A stretch of DNA of 36,398 nt from a virus (IMGVR_UViG_3300046092_000155:1-36398), one strand, 5' to 3'; counted from the first letter of the stretch, positions 17,142-28,600 are shown. Translations and numbers: made by a program. Notes: generated from the sequence alone by a model not told the origin.

Positions 17142-17528
17142 ATGCACCATTTTGTATTTTCTCACAAAGATTCGTTCGTTTACAGCGAAGAAGTCGCTCG
17201 TAAAAGGAATTTTGGCCTCGATAAATTTGTCGAAGTTGGTTGTGTCAATAAACTATCCCGTACATATAGAACGGCTTCATTGGCACCAAGCAGTCTTTCC
17301 GCGGAGTTTATCAATCGTTATGTTATAAATTTCAATGGATCTTTTACGGGAAGCATATGTCTTGCCAGTGGAAGCGTAAGTGGATCTTTGAACTGCAATG
17401 GTTATTTGTCTCCCGGTGGAATTTGCGCTCCGCTTGGTATAGTAGATGAATTCGGAAATCTGGTCATTGAAGATGACGGTGACTTTTCGGCGTTGTCTTT
17501 TGCCGAGGATTTCTTTGTTTTCCCATAA
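17142..17528 (+). CDS. N-terminal fragment (copy 2) of DNRLRE-like virion protein
   Basis: MHHFVFSHKDSFVY...NFGLDKFVEV, then FNGSFTGS...SGSVSGS; paralogous to 16851..17138. Confidence 0.6.
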   Translation: MHHFVFSHKDSFVYSEEVARKRNFGLDKFVEVGCVNKLSRTYRTASLAPSSLSAEFINRYVINFNGSFTGSICLASGSVSGSLNCNGYLSPGGICAPLGIVDEFGNLVIEDDGDFSALSFAEDFFVFP

Positions 17529-17545
17529 ATTGAATAACGGTTTTA

Positions 17546-17553
17546 TACTTATA
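17546..17553 (+). promoter_or_regulatory. TACTTATA putative late promoter
   Basis: Motif variant, 4 nt before ATG 17558. Confidence 0.5.
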
Positions 17554-17557
17554 CGAT

Positions 17558-18802
17558 ATGCCACTATCCTTCACAGTAGACAATTTCACTGGAATAACAG
17601 GCAGCAGCTGTGTGTCCGGAACGATAAACGGAAACTTTAGCGGATCCGCTTGTGGGTATACAGGAAGTCTTTCGAGCTTCACGGGAGTTCTATCGGGATA
17701 CATCTCAGGGTCGTACTATGTAACTGTGAATCGTTACATGAATGAGTATAAGAACTACATAAAGCGTTCACTGTTGAAGTTTGACCTATCCGAGATAAGC
17801 CGTTCTATAGCCGCCGGAGACATCTCCTCACCCAAGTTCACACTCAACATGAAAGTGGTGGAATCGAGGGAGATACCGGTTGATTACAGCATTTACGCCT
17901 TTCCGATAAGCCATAGTTGGGCGATGGGCACCGGCCTTTATGCCAACGACGGTTCGTCTGACGGAGTAAGTTGGTTGTACAAAAACTCACAGAATACATC
18001 AAGCACATGGTATCCGAACATTGACGCTGATCTTAACATAACCGGAACAAATTACCTGACCACCGCTAGCGCAGCCTCGTTTCAGCGCGGCGGCGGTGTG
18101 TGGTATTACTCGGCGCCACCTAGCTGTTCTAACAACGTAAGTATAAGCCTGTGTTCGACTGTATCTGGGTCTAGTTATATTTGCTCTCAGTCTTTCAGTT
18201 ACGCTTCGGCTGATATATCGATGGACATAACGAGAATTTGCAGTGCTTGGATATGTGGCTGTATTCCAAATGAGGGGTTAATACTCCTCACGTCCGAGGA
18301 ACTAAATCCAAGTGCATCAATGAACTTGAAGTTTTTCAGTCGAGAAACCAACACCATTTATTCTCCGTATATAGACGTGAAGTGGCCGGATGCCACCATC
18401 AACACGTCGAGTGTTGCTCCCGTAACTTCTAGCCTAGGTGTAAGCGTTTCTATTAAAGGGATGCGACCGGAGTATAAGAGTGGAAACAAGGTTAGGTTTA
18501 CGGTTTTCGCTAGAGAAACAAATCCGCTCCGTAAATTCGTGTCTGCACAAACAAACTATCTCACTCCGAAGTATCTACCGTCAAGTAGCTTCTATTCCAT
18601 AAAAGACAATGAAAGTGAGGAAGTGGTCATAGGTTTTGATGACTACACGAGATTGAGCTGTGATGAATATGGAAACTACTTCCTATTGGATACAACTGGG
18701 CTTCCACAGGAGAGATACTATAGAATTCTAGTAAAATCGGAGTTCTCAGATGGATCCATTCAGATATTCGATAACAAGAGCATATTCAAAATATCCAGAT
18801 AA
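17558..18802 (+). CDS. C-terminal part of DNRLRE-like virion protein
   Basis: G/S-rich start then RSLLKFDLS, WAMGTG, DGVSW, NEGLIL, FFSRE...PYIDVKW (DNRLRE-type core) and a C-terminal beta-rich domain (GNYFLLDTTGL..ERYY). Confidence 0.68.
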   Translation: MPLSFTVDNFTGITGSSCVSGTINGNFSGSACGYTGSLSSFTGVLSGYISGSYYVTVNRYMNEYKNYIKRSLLKFDLSEISRSIAAGDISSPKFTLNMKVVESREIPVDYSIYAFPISHSWAMGTGLYANDGSSDGVSWLYKNSQNTSSTWYPNIDADLNITGTNYLTTASAASFQRGGGVWYYSAPPSCSNNVSISLCSTVSGSSYICSQSFSYASADISMDITRICSAWICGCIPNEGLILLTSEELNPSASMNLKFFSRETNTIYSPYIDVKWPDATINTSSVAPVTSSLGVSVSIKGMRPEYKSGNKVRFTVFARETNPLRKFVSAQTNYLTPKYLPSSSFYSIKDNESEEVVIGFDDYTRLSCDEYGNYFLLDTTGLPQERYYRILVKSEFSDGSIQIFDNKSIFKISR

Positions 18803-18803
18803 T

Positions 18804-19256
18804 ATGTCAGATGTGAACAAATTTAATAAGGAGATTACTAATTTTAGGAACGGAATCCTAACATACGAATATAGTTTCAACTCAGTCGGAAATTTGTTTT
18901 TTAAGACAGACAGCGACGTTTTCAATCAATCGTTCTTGAAAATACCGGTGACAAACTTTGAGTATGACACAAAGAAGATTGGTGAGTTATACAACCTAAA
19001 ATTCGAAGAATTCTCCGAAACGAAGTCTGTTATAGAGAAGGACCCCGTCATATCTACGCTCGAACGGAACGTAGAGGAACTTAAAAGTAAGCTCGACGCA
19101 GCAACAAACTCGTCCGATATGGACAGGCTTTCATCCGAGATACTCGCGAGCAAAGATCTGATAATTCAACTGAGAATCTCGGCGGGCGAGGGGTCTTCGT
19201 CCGATGATTTCTCTGACGAGTTTCCGTATTTTCCCAAAAAAGATTCGTCGAATTAA
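18804..19256 (+). CDS. Hypothetical virion-module protein
   Basis: ATG 18804 just after upstream stop (preferred to 18750); coiled coil; LRISAGEG...DF...FPY C-terminus. Confidence 0.65.
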   Translation: MSDVNKFNKEITNFRNGILTYEYSFNSVGNLFFKTDSDVFNQSFLKIPVTNFEYDTKKIGELYNLKFEEFSETKSVIEKDPVISTLERNVEELKSKLDAATNSSDMDRLSSEILASKDLIIQLRISAGEGSSSDDFSDEFPYFPKKDSSN

Positions 19257-19282
19257 GCTCCCGTGGGTATAATTATTAGCAT

Positions 19283-22200
19283 ATGCCCGTGTTCAATTTT
19301 ATAGACGAAGTTAAGAACGGAATTAATGATGTCGGATATCTAAATCAAAAAGAACATTCGTTATTCTTCGTATCGTCAAGCACAGAACGGTCTTTTGGCA
19401 ACTCAACCAAAGACGTTTTGGAGGTCGGAATCCACAATTTACAGAAAGAAATCAGTTCTTTCGTCGTAATCACAAGCTCCCACGAGAACACACCGAAAAT
19501 CTATCCATATGAAGATGTGGATGGAAATACATTCAACGACGTCTATTCTCCATCGAAGAATACATCCATTCAAGACGGTGAAAAAAATCTTCTATTGTCG
19601 ATCGGCGACCTTATACCAGCTGGATCGGTCACATCCAACGCGGTATATCTATCCGTTAATCCGGTGTCAAATCTGTTCTCACACAATGATCCACTGACCA
19701 TAAAGGAGATAAGCAATTCTAAGAAGGAAATAAAATTAATTAGATCATTCAAAGCAGAGTCGGTTTTGAATATTTCAAATATCGAGTTTTCTGACGAAAT
19801 AGGCGTTACCGTAAATGGAAAAAAAGATGTCAAGTTGAAGTCGGGAACTGTCCACACGCTGAAATTTTCCGGAGATGTGAAAAAACTTCGTTTTAGCAAA
19901 ACACGAGGCGGAACATTCAATGGTTCGGTGGAGTATCTCAACAACATCATCTACAAGCCGACTGTAAACGAGATTATATTGGATACAACCGAAGAGTTTC
20001 CAAAGATACTCTATGTTTATAACGCAGACTCGGCTGGATCTGATGCATTAATTAATCTCACGGAAGTCATAATCAAATCGGATTTCCGACTCAACTCCGA
20101 GTTCTTTGCACTCGGAAAAGACGCATTTGTATTCAGAGAAATTCATGACGAGGTTTCATACGGTGTCAGTTCGGTCAACCTCACTGATGTATATAACTCC
20201 ACGAAAACCTCCTTTTCGGAAAACATAACGGCTTTAAAAAATCTCCTTTCATTTCAAAGCGACAATGATGTATTGAAGATTTTATCTTCCATTTATTACG
20301 GCGACTCTTTATTTGATGAGGATCTCGGGAAGTATGTAAAGTTGCTTGGTGTTAATAATTACATAGAAAATCACATGAAATTCAATTATGAATTCGTGGG
20401 AAATTTCGTGTCATTGAAGAATGACGTGTCACGGATAGCTAAATCGGTGTGCTCTTCTAGGATTTTGTTTTACAACCAAAGCGCTACTAAACTAGCTGGA
20501 AAAAAGAACGATTACTCACTGTCAATAATATACTTGGTTTCTCTGATAGAATCCACGTTAAACCGTGTGTTTTCAGAAATTGAATTTGCTTATAAGAACA
20601 AATACAAGTCGCCGCTTAAATGTGCGTTGAACTTCGGTGGCGGAAAACTTTCCCCAATTCTAATATCAGAGTTGAGAATTGATGGCGAATATTGGGTAAA
20701 GTTGAAAGAGCCAGTCTCCGCGGATATAACCGTCGGTGATAAGTGTTCCATATCCAACATTTCGATTCAACCGTTTTTCCAAATAGTGACGATTGGCACA
20801 AAATCATCCGACAAAGTCATCAGATTAGTTTCACCAAACTTCTCACTCAGTCTAAACGAACCGTCCAATAGAACCACATCGACGAAGTATTATAATACCA
20901 ACCAACTTTCAATCGAAAGAGATTCTGACAATAAGATAAAAGTAAATAAAAAGCTGTTAGATCTAAACGTGGATTATACGAATTTTAACAAGTTCGTGGT
21001 TTTTTCTTCCGCTAATATACGAATAAAGATATTCAAAAACAAGCTAAGGAGAATAACGGAATTAAACGAAGAAATAGCAGAACTGATGTTATTTGATTCG
21101 GGAAGTACATCACTTACGGACAGACTCAGTGTCTATGAAAATCTCGTAAATGATAAGGCCGAGATAGATACCATAATCGGAAGTTTCGATGGTTACGAAG
21201 CATATCTACATAAATCGGAAAATGTCATATATGACACTTCACTTGGAATTTTCGTAGATTCAACCGGCTCATCCGAGTCATCGTCGTTTTTATCTACATT
21301 GGAGGATGAATCGGTTGAATATGACAAGAATAATAGGGATTCTTTGTTGAATAACAGTCCGGAATACATCTACGAGAACGTCGATAACGATGATTATCTG
21401 AAGTTTCTAAGTATGATCGGACATCACTTCGATAACATATACCTCCATATATCTAACATAGGAATTTACAAAGAAATCGGAAGAGACATTGATTCCGGAA
21501 TGACCGGGAAGATGGTAAGTTATGTTCTGAATAGTTTTGGTTTTAAAATTCCGCCCGGAATGTCTGGACTCATAGAATCATCTGATACGGTTGAGAATTA
21601 TCTTTCCTCACAGGAACAAACCGGCATTGTGAACAGTATTTCCGTGGATGAGAAGACCAAGACGATTTGGAAACGGATGTTGCTCAATTTACCGTCCATA
21701 TATAAATCAAAGGGAACAGAAGAGTGCATCCGACAGATATTTTCGATTTACGGAATTCCAAATAATTTGATAATATTGAAGGAGTTCGGCGGCGGATATT
21801 CCAATCACGAAATAAGTTCGTCATATCTATCAGATGAAAAAGAGTATTTATTGGAATACCTAGGAGAAGACGGTGAATACGTCGAAATATCGGGATCCAA
21901 CATTCCATATAAGTCAGTTGATTTCAAACTTTACATAGATCCATCGAATTACACATCGTCCCGTCTAATAGTTCCCCTTCACGAAAAATTCAACACGCTT
22001 GACGAATTAATATATTCTCTCGGTTTTTTGAAAGTCTCGGACACACTCGGTCGATTTTATTTCACGATACGCAACGAATCGTCCACGTTCACGACTCTAA
22101 CCGATCCGGTTTATCTTTTCTCGGATGAACCGATGAGTGTAATGTTGAGGAAGAACTATGTGGATTCGAAGTTCGACGTCGCTCAAAGCGCATCGTGGGT

Positions 22201-23845
22201 TCCGGTGAAATATGATATTTCGATTTTCCGTTCCTCCGGTGGAGGTAAAAATGTGGATTCCACGACCTCATTCTATCTAAGTGGATCATTAAACGACTCG
22301 TTTGATGACTTGAGTGGATCTATTACTTTTGGAAATGTAGGTACGGCAAATATAATAAGCGAAATATCGGAGCTCATCGAATCACAGGATTCAACATTCG
22401 AATTTTTAAGAGAGGGTTCTAACGCCATAACGTCCGATAGTTTACCGAATTACTCAATGGATAGGTTCCGGGGTTGTATGGATAGGTTTATTATACAATC
22501 GACTCCTCTTATAGATTCCGACTTTCGTCTAAGGGGGCTAAACATAAATAGTTACTACCAAGGACAGCCATCATCAAGCTACGATGACATTTTGTTTAGA
22601 TTTAATCTGGGAATACCAGAAGACTTCTCGTCATCCTCTCTATCGACGGAGGGCCATTTAGTTTCCAATTTCAATCGGATATACTCTGGATCAGTGGCCT
22701 TATTGTATAATTTTTCAGGGAGCAATATCACATCTAGTTTAACGACTGCGAGTTGTGATACAAGTTCCTTCTCGTATTTCCCACACCAAAGACGAGAGTT
22801 TAGCGTCATAAATGAATATACTACCCAACACATAGGTCCGGGACGACTCGAAAATCGAAAGGTGAATTACATCTCAACTGAGATGTTGGATTCTTCTTTG
22901 TCGCCGGAAAAGTCTCTGACTCACAAAAATAAGTCTAATCAATATTCCGACTCCAATAGAATCGGTATATTTGTTTCGCCGATTCACGAGAGAAATAAAG
23001 ACATACTGAACTTCTTCGGAGACTATGACATAATTTCCGCTGTATCAAGTCCGAATGACCGTTTCGGAAAACGATATTTAAAACTCGAAGAGTTTCGTAG
23101 AAACTATTACAAGACAAACGCCGTATCTAAGATACTCTTCAATGAACTGTTTTCAATATATAAGATATTCATAGATAAGAGCATCTTCGAAACTCTCAAA
23201 TCCGTAATTCCAGCTAGAAACAAAACTTATTCGGGAATACTCATAGAAGCTACTTTGTTAGAAAGAAGTCGAATTGAACAGAAGCCCGCTGATGTTTTTT
23301 TGAGCATATCATTGGACGGAAGTATTGATATGAGAGATATACCAGGAACATCCAATATTTCTGCTCCGATGTCGTCTAGTATAGACCTACGATATATAAC
23401 CGACGACAATGAATCTTACTCCGAGTCTTCTTTTTCCGGATTATCATCGTTTAAGGATAGAACCAATGAGTACGAGACTAATGCATTTCTAGGAGAGAAT
23501 GGTTATGTGGAATACGACGGTCGCATTTACTCAGCATATAAGAAGAGATATACCAAATCCAAGAGTTTTTCCGGCGGGCGCGTGATACGACGTCATTTTT
23601 ATACGATGGAATTGATATTAAGCGGCAGCTCCGTTCAACTGCCATCAAATTACACGCCACTATCGTCGACGGCAATATTCCGTCCGATAAGTAAGAAACG
23701 TCTGCCTATGAGGAAAACGCACGGCAAATCATATCAGACTAAAAATACTACAATCAGTATCGCCGGGGAGGAAGACAGAAGTCCTGTAATAAGAATAATC
23801 ACGAGCCAAAACCTTACTAACGGTAACTTCGGCGTGAGCTCCTAA
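19283..23845 (+). CDS. Large baseplate/virion structural protein (gp7-like wedge core)
   Basis: 1520 aa; YLKFLSMIGHHFDNIY and LPSIYKSKGTEECIRQIFSIYG resemble the gp7/gpI-type KGT motif; baseplate context. Confidence 0.62.
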   Translation: MPVFNFIDEVKNGINDVGYLNQKEHSLFFVSSSTERSFGNSTKDVLEVGIHNLQKEISSFVVITSSHENTPKIYPYEDVDGNTFNDVYSPSKNTSIQDGEKNLLLSIGDLIPAGSVTSNAVYLSVNPVSNLFSHNDPLTIKEISNSKKEIKLIRSFKAESVLNISNIEFSDEIGVTVNGKKDVKLKSGTVHTLKFSGDVKKLRFSKTRGGTFNGSVEYLNNIIYKPTVNEIILDTTEEFPKILYVYNADSAGSDALINLTEVIIKSDFRLNSEFFALGKDAFVFREIHDEVSYGVSSVNLTDVYNSTKTSFSENITALKNLLSFQSDNDVLKILSSIYYGDSLFDEDLGKYVKLLGVNNYIENHMKFNYEFVGNFVSLKNDVSRIAKSVCSSRILFYNQSATKLAGKKNDYSLSIIYLVSLIESTLNRVFSEIEFAYKNKYKSPLKCALNFGGGKLSPILISELRIDGEYWVKLKEPVSADITVGDKCSISNISIQPFFQIVTIGTKSSDKVIRLVSPNFSLSLNEPSNRTTSTKYYNTNQLSIERDSDNKIKVNKKLLDLNVDYTNFNKFVVFSSANIRIKIFKNKLRRITELNEEIAELMLFDSGSTSLTDRLSVYENLVNDKAEIDTIIGSFDGYEAYLHKSENVIYDTSLGIFVDSTGSSESSSFLSTLEDESVEYDKNNRDSLLNNSPEYIYENVDNDDYLKFLSMIGHHFDNIYLHISNIGIYKEIGRDIDSGMTGKMVSYVLNSFGFKIPPGMSGLIESSDTVENYLSSQEQTGIVNSISVDEKTKTIWKRMLLNLPSIYKSKGTEECIRQIFSIYGIPNNLIILKEFGGGYSNHEISSSYLSDEKEYLLEYLGEDGEYVEISGSNIPYKSVDFKLYIDPSNYTSSRLIVPLHEKFNTLDELIYSLGFLKVSDTLGRFYFTIRNESSTFTTLTDPVYLFSDEPMSVMLRKNYVDSKFDVAQSASWVPVKYDISIFRSSGGGKNVDSTTSFYLSGSLNDSFDDLSGSITFGNVGTANIISEISELIESQDSTFEFLREGSNAITSDSLPNYSMDRFRGCMDRFIIQSTPLIDSDFRLRGLNINSYYQGQPSSSYDDILFRFNLGIPEDFSSSSLSTEGHLVSNFNRIYSGSVALLYNFSGSNITSSLTTASCDTSSFSYFPHQRREFSVINEYTTQHIGPGRLENRKVNYISTEMLDSSLSPEKSLTHKNKSNQYSDSNRIGIFVSPIHERNKDILNFFGDYDIISAVSSPNDRFGKRYLKLEEFRRNYYKTNAVSKILFNELFSIYKIFIDKSIFETLKSVIPARNKTYSGILIEATLLERSRIEQKPADVFLSISLDGSIDMRDIPGTSNISAPMSSSIDLRYITDDNESYSESSFSGLSSFKDRTNEYETNAFLGENGYVEYDGRIYSAYKKRYTKSKSFSGGRVIRRHFYTMELILSGSSVQLPSNYTPLSSTAIFRPISKKRLPMRKTHGKSYQTKNTTISIAGEEDRSPVIRIITSQNLTNGNFGVSS

Positions 23846-23873
23846 AATAAAATCGAAAATCGAAACTTCAAAC

Positions 23874-23881
23874 TATTTATT
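23874..23881 (+). promoter_or_regulatory. TATTTATT putative late promoter
   Basis: Motif variant, 8 nt before ATG 23890. Confidence 0.5.
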
Positions 23882-23889
23882 AGAAGATT

Positions 23890-24525
23890 ATGGCATATTT
23901 AGACAACAAATCCATCGTGGTTGACGCCGTTCTAACAAAAAAAGGCAGAGAATTGTTAGCAAAAAACGGCAGTCTCAAAATAACTTCGTTTGCTCTCGCG
24001 GACGATGAAATTGACTATGGATTGTTTAACGCGGACGGTGAAACCGAGGATTTGAAGGAAATTGCGCTGGTCAACACTCCGATTTTCGAGCCGAATTCCG
24101 ATGAGACGCAGGTTATGAAATATAAATTGGTGACGTTGGAACAGGGTTCCACTTTCATTCCAACCGTCACCATATCTCAAGAATCGATTTCGGTTCTATC
24201 CACATACGGAGGAAGAATCGTAATATCACCGACCACCACACCGTCCAACTATAATGCAAACGGAGGATATACAGCAATACTCGGAAACAGCAAAGTTGGT
24301 ACTTTGGTAGTTACGGTGGAATCGCCGGTTTCTTCGTCACCGGGAACCACGGCCACATTCGGAGGAGATAGATCTGTTGATAGTTCTATTTATGCAGTCG
24401 GAATTGAGTTCGCATTCATACCGTCATCGGCTCTAAATAGAACTACGACGACCACTTTGACTATTATCGGAAACGAAAGCGGCGGCGGCGTCAGCATCCC
24501 GATTACAGTTACGGTAACGACATAA
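23890..24525 (+). CDS. Virion structural protein (baseplate-associated)
   Basis: VDAVLTKKGRELLA...ITSFALADDEIDY pattern of baseplate/fibre-attachment proteins; beta-rich C-terminus. Confidence 0.62.
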   Translation: MAYLDNKSIVVDAVLTKKGRELLAKNGSLKITSFALADDEIDYGLFNADGETEDLKEIALVNTPIFEPNSDETQVMKYKLVTLEQGSTFIPTVTISQESISVLSTYGGRIVISPTTTPSNYNANGGYTAILGNSKVGTLVVTVESPVSSSPGTTATFGGDRSVDSSIYAVGIEFAFIPSSALNRTTTTTLTIIGNESGGGVSIPITVTVTT

Positions 24526-24529
24526 TCCT

Positions 24530-25621
24530 ATGGCAAATAACTTCAAAATATATCAAACCTTTGACAAGGGAGATGTAATCTCTGGAAAAAACAATACCGT
24601 ATCAACTGGTTTCTTTCCAGGAAATTCGGCTACGTTTTTACAATCTTTGCTTAGGACCGATTCGGATCAAAAACAGCTCACTGGTTCTAACGGAGCATAT
24701 GATATTCTCAATGGATTGTATTACACAAATGTATACGATGGAGTTTCCTCCGAAAAACAACTTTTGTTTTCCATTTCATATGGAGATTCCGAAGGCGGAG
24801 GCGTGAGGACAGGTTCTTTGTTTCGGAATACTAAATCAATTTATTCTCAGTTTTCGAATGTGTTACTCGGTATCGCGGACGAGGATGGTAAGTTTAGTTT
24901 CAAAACAGGCAGCGCAGCTTCAAATACATATGTCACGAGTTCTCACATTTATGTAATAGCGTTTTCATCGGATTTGATGAATGATCAAATTGACAAGGGC
25001 CAATGGAACATTTCGATCGCGGGGCCAACCGGAAGTTCCGTTCTTCACATGATAGACGAAACCCCTCTTCTGACATCATCGGAGAAAAAAGAACAACGGC
25101 TTGTGTATCAAGTTGTTCCCGGTAGTTTCAACACTGATTTAGGAGTGACCGTGGCAACATCGGATTATAAAGGATTGGGATTATTTTATCCAAAGAACGG
25201 AATAATCGTATTGAACGCTGATGTCGTCAAATTATTGAGTGGGGTTAATCATGACACCGGTTCACAGTCATCCTTTCACGTCGACAACAGTGTGAGGTTG
25301 TATGGTGGTATGGCAGCAGTAAGTAATCGAAACATGAGAGTGAGAAAATCGGAGATAATTCCATCAACTCATTATTTCGTTCGGGTAAAGAATCAGGACT
25401 TCAACTTCTCAAACAACCCATCATTTGTATATCCCGAGAGTGTATCTGGTAGTTTAAAGGGGGAGATAATTGCCTCTATATCAGATGAGCCAAAAACCTA
25501 CGTCACGACCGTCGGCCTTTACAACGACGTAAATGAATTGATAGCCGTTGCTAAGTTAAGTCAACCGACACGTAAAGACTTCGTATCCGAATTGAATATT
25601 AGGATTCGTCTCGATTTTTGA
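24530..25621 (+). CDS. Virion structural protein
   Basis: GLFYPKNGIIVL, FNFSNNPSF, YVTTVGLYND..ELIAVAKLSQP..K...RIRLDF; shares this C-terminus with next gene. Confidence 0.65.
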   Translation: MANNFKIYQTFDKGDVISGKNNTVSTGFFPGNSATFLQSLLRTDSDQKQLTGSNGAYDILNGLYYTNVYDGVSSEKQLLFSISYGDSEGGGVRTGSLFRNTKSIYSQFSNVLLGIADEDGKFSFKTGSAASNTYVTSSHIYVIAFSSDLMNDQIDKGQWNISIAGPTGSSVLHMIDETPLLTSSEKKEQRLVYQVVPGSFNTDLGVTVATSDYKGLGLFYPKNGIIVLNADVVKLLSGVNHDTGSQSSFHVDNSVRLYGGMAAVSNRNMRVRKSEIIPSTHYFVRVKNQDFNFSNNPSFVYPESVSGSLKGEIIASISDEPKTYVTTVGLYNDVNELIAVAKLSQPTRKDFVSELNIRIRLDF

Positions 25622-25674
25622 AGTGCCGCCGTCTCATCGGTTATCAATAAAAGAGAATAAGTGACTCCTGTCTA

Positions 25675-25682
25675 TATTTATA
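25675..25682 (+). promoter_or_regulatory. TATTTATA putative late promoter
   Basis: TATTTATAGAGCATG, identical to 33843-33857. Confidence 0.6.
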
Positions 25683-25686
25683 GAGC

Positions 25687-28600
25687 ATGATAAAGAGTCT
25701 AAGCAAGGAAGATATTTCCGCTACACCGTTCGTTGTATCAAAACGGTGGCAGACTCCCGGTCCACTGTTGAATTTTTTACTTACCGACACAAACTACACC
25801 CCATCTTCCAGCGGAGATAACTTTGCGGTGGGGATTAATTATACAGATTTCTTAGCCGGCATCAAATATCCGTGTTTCTCAACGGGGTCTTTTAATTATT
25901 ACGACAAGTCGTTTACAGAGACGAGTGAGAGTATAAGAAGTTACCCCAATCCATCGGATTTTTACACAACCACATCCGTCGCTTCTGTTAGAAACGACGA
26001 CTTTAACTTAACATTGGAGGAAGATGATGACCGATTTGTGAAGGTGGAGGCTGGTATTAAAATAGAAAAATACATCCGATTTCTCCCGGTTTCGGAATCG
26101 AAGAACGTAAACGGAACTTACAAGAGACTCGTCTACGATCAAATTAAGAACTCGTATTACAGCGATACGAAGGACCCCACTAAATTACTTGGGTTGGAGA
26201 ACATCGATCTCTTCCTGGATAAAAGCAACAGGTCAATAGGAAATCAAATTAAAGTTGCCACGTTGCCACAAGCTTATTATGGAGACGCGATTCAGAAGGG
26301 AACCGTTCGGGTGAGAGATGAATCACAGGAACAATCCATAACCTTCGTCGATGATGGAAATGGAAACATAATAACAAGTGGAAGCGTATTTGGTAAAATA
26401 ATAAAGGACGAAATTCATTCGTCCTCGTTGTTTCCAAATCTGGGATATTCCGTATCCACAAGCGAATTTTACACGGCCATAGGCGCACCGTCCTTCCGTT
26501 CAACTAAGACAAAGACAGGAAGCGTAGAAATTTACAAACACGAAAGACTGGTGTCGGATAAATTTATTCACGATAAAACGATCTTTTTAGTCACAGAATC
26601 TCTCGGACATATCGGTAATGTAAACATTTCCCAATCAGATTTCGGAAAAGCAGTGGATTGTCACGAAAACTTAATGGCCGTATCTTGTACCGAACTTAGG
26701 TATGGAATATCCTCTGTACCGGGAACGTCGAGTGCATTTGTATCTATCTATAACCTAGAAACATCCTCATTACATCCAGTTCAAATAATATCACATGAAC
26801 TGAGTTCGAGTGAACAGTCCAGATCATTTGGTCACTGTATCTCTCTAAATGATAATTATTTGGTGGTCGGTTCTCCATTTTCATCAACCGACGGGAAGCG
26901 TGGGACTGTTTATCTTTACAAGAGTGGTTCCAGTGGGTATCAATATGAAACGTTTTTGACTGGAAGCGAATCGTCCGATATTTACTTCGGCGCTAGCCTA
27001 GAGATCGACCACAATTTCAACAGAATTGTGGTAGGAAATGGAAGTCTTAATAACACCGCATCCAAGGTTTACCTATTCGAGTCATCAAGTACAGGGTGGT
27101 CAGAAACCAAGAAGTTTTCGCCGACCAAGGAAAACGATAACCTATTTTTCCTACCGATTGCGCCATATTTCAATCAGAATAATACGATGGATGGTTTCGG
27201 AAATTCAGTATCCATCTACTGTTCGTCTTCAAATGATGTAAAGATTGCGGTGGGTGCTCCCTATGATAGAAACATAAAAGAATATTCCGGTTCTCTCTGT
27301 GTGCGGAACGGAGCTGTATATGTGTTCGAGAAACATCATTGTTATCTCAACGGGTCAACTGGTTCTCATTGGTCAGAGGAGAGATTGTTTGGCGATTACG
27401 ATAACTTCCACTCGAATAGGTTCGGTCATTGTGTAAGCATTTATGACAATACGCTGGCAGTGTCATCTCCCAAGTATATCTCAGAATACACAGCTTCCTA
27501 CATCAAAGAAACTCTTAAAAACAGCCCAATAGATCAGGAATTTCACGACCATGATTACAACGGTCTTTTGTACGTCTACACATCTTCGGTGAGTGAAAGT
27601 TGGGATGTTTTGGCCAAATATAAACCAAAAAAATCCAACAACCGACCTTATGGATTCTTTGCCAATGATGTGGAGATATATGAAAACAACCTAGTTACAG
27701 GAGACCCATTGCCATTGTTAGATGCATCTATTGATTCTATAGACTATACATTTTCAAACCAAAATATGTCGCAGAGTTTCAACGGTGGATTCCACATATT
27801 TGACACCGATGATCTTTACAAAAACCACCACGTCGGAAATGTATTTTACCGGACTGGTACGATGGTATTCACAAGCAATCTGAGCACGTTCCAATCCGTG
27901 TTTGAGAATGGATTCAATCTCATACCCGTTTATGATATAGAATACAAGAGTTTGGAGAGATTCCACGAAAAGGAGATTATTTGCACCGTGAATCCAGGCG
28001 AGTTCAACTTCTCTACAAATCCTACTGCTTGCCAAGTTTCGTCCTCAACATTGGATTTGAACTCAAACGGACGATTTGACTTCGTGGATTGTGATTTTAT
28101 CCTACGGTCTATTTTCAAGAAACACAATAACCGAGAGACGTGGTGGGAGATTTTCAATTTCGAAGACCCTCACACTGAACGTGATATATCAGATTCAAGT
28201 GTTTTCAAATATCACGTCTCTTCTTCGTTTGAGAACAAAACACACGTATCTTTAATAGGCACAACCGTCTCCGATGAAACCTATACAAGAGTCACCGAAG
28301 ACTTGTTCTCTTCGCTGGATATAAACGACGATGGTAAAACGGATGAATCCGATATTAAGATACTTTGGAGGTTTTTTACGGGGAGGCTTACCCCCGATGT
28401 ATGTTCTCTTGCTTCTAACTCAACTGCGATATCATCCAACAACAGAAAGACCTACGATGAGACTCTGAGATATCTCTACGAGTTAACCGGCAAAGGTCGG
28501 GCCAGATCCATAAAGTCAGAATTTCTTCACGATTCAACCATAGATTCATTTACCACCGGATCAAATCTCACTCCATACGTTACTTCCATTGGGTTATATA

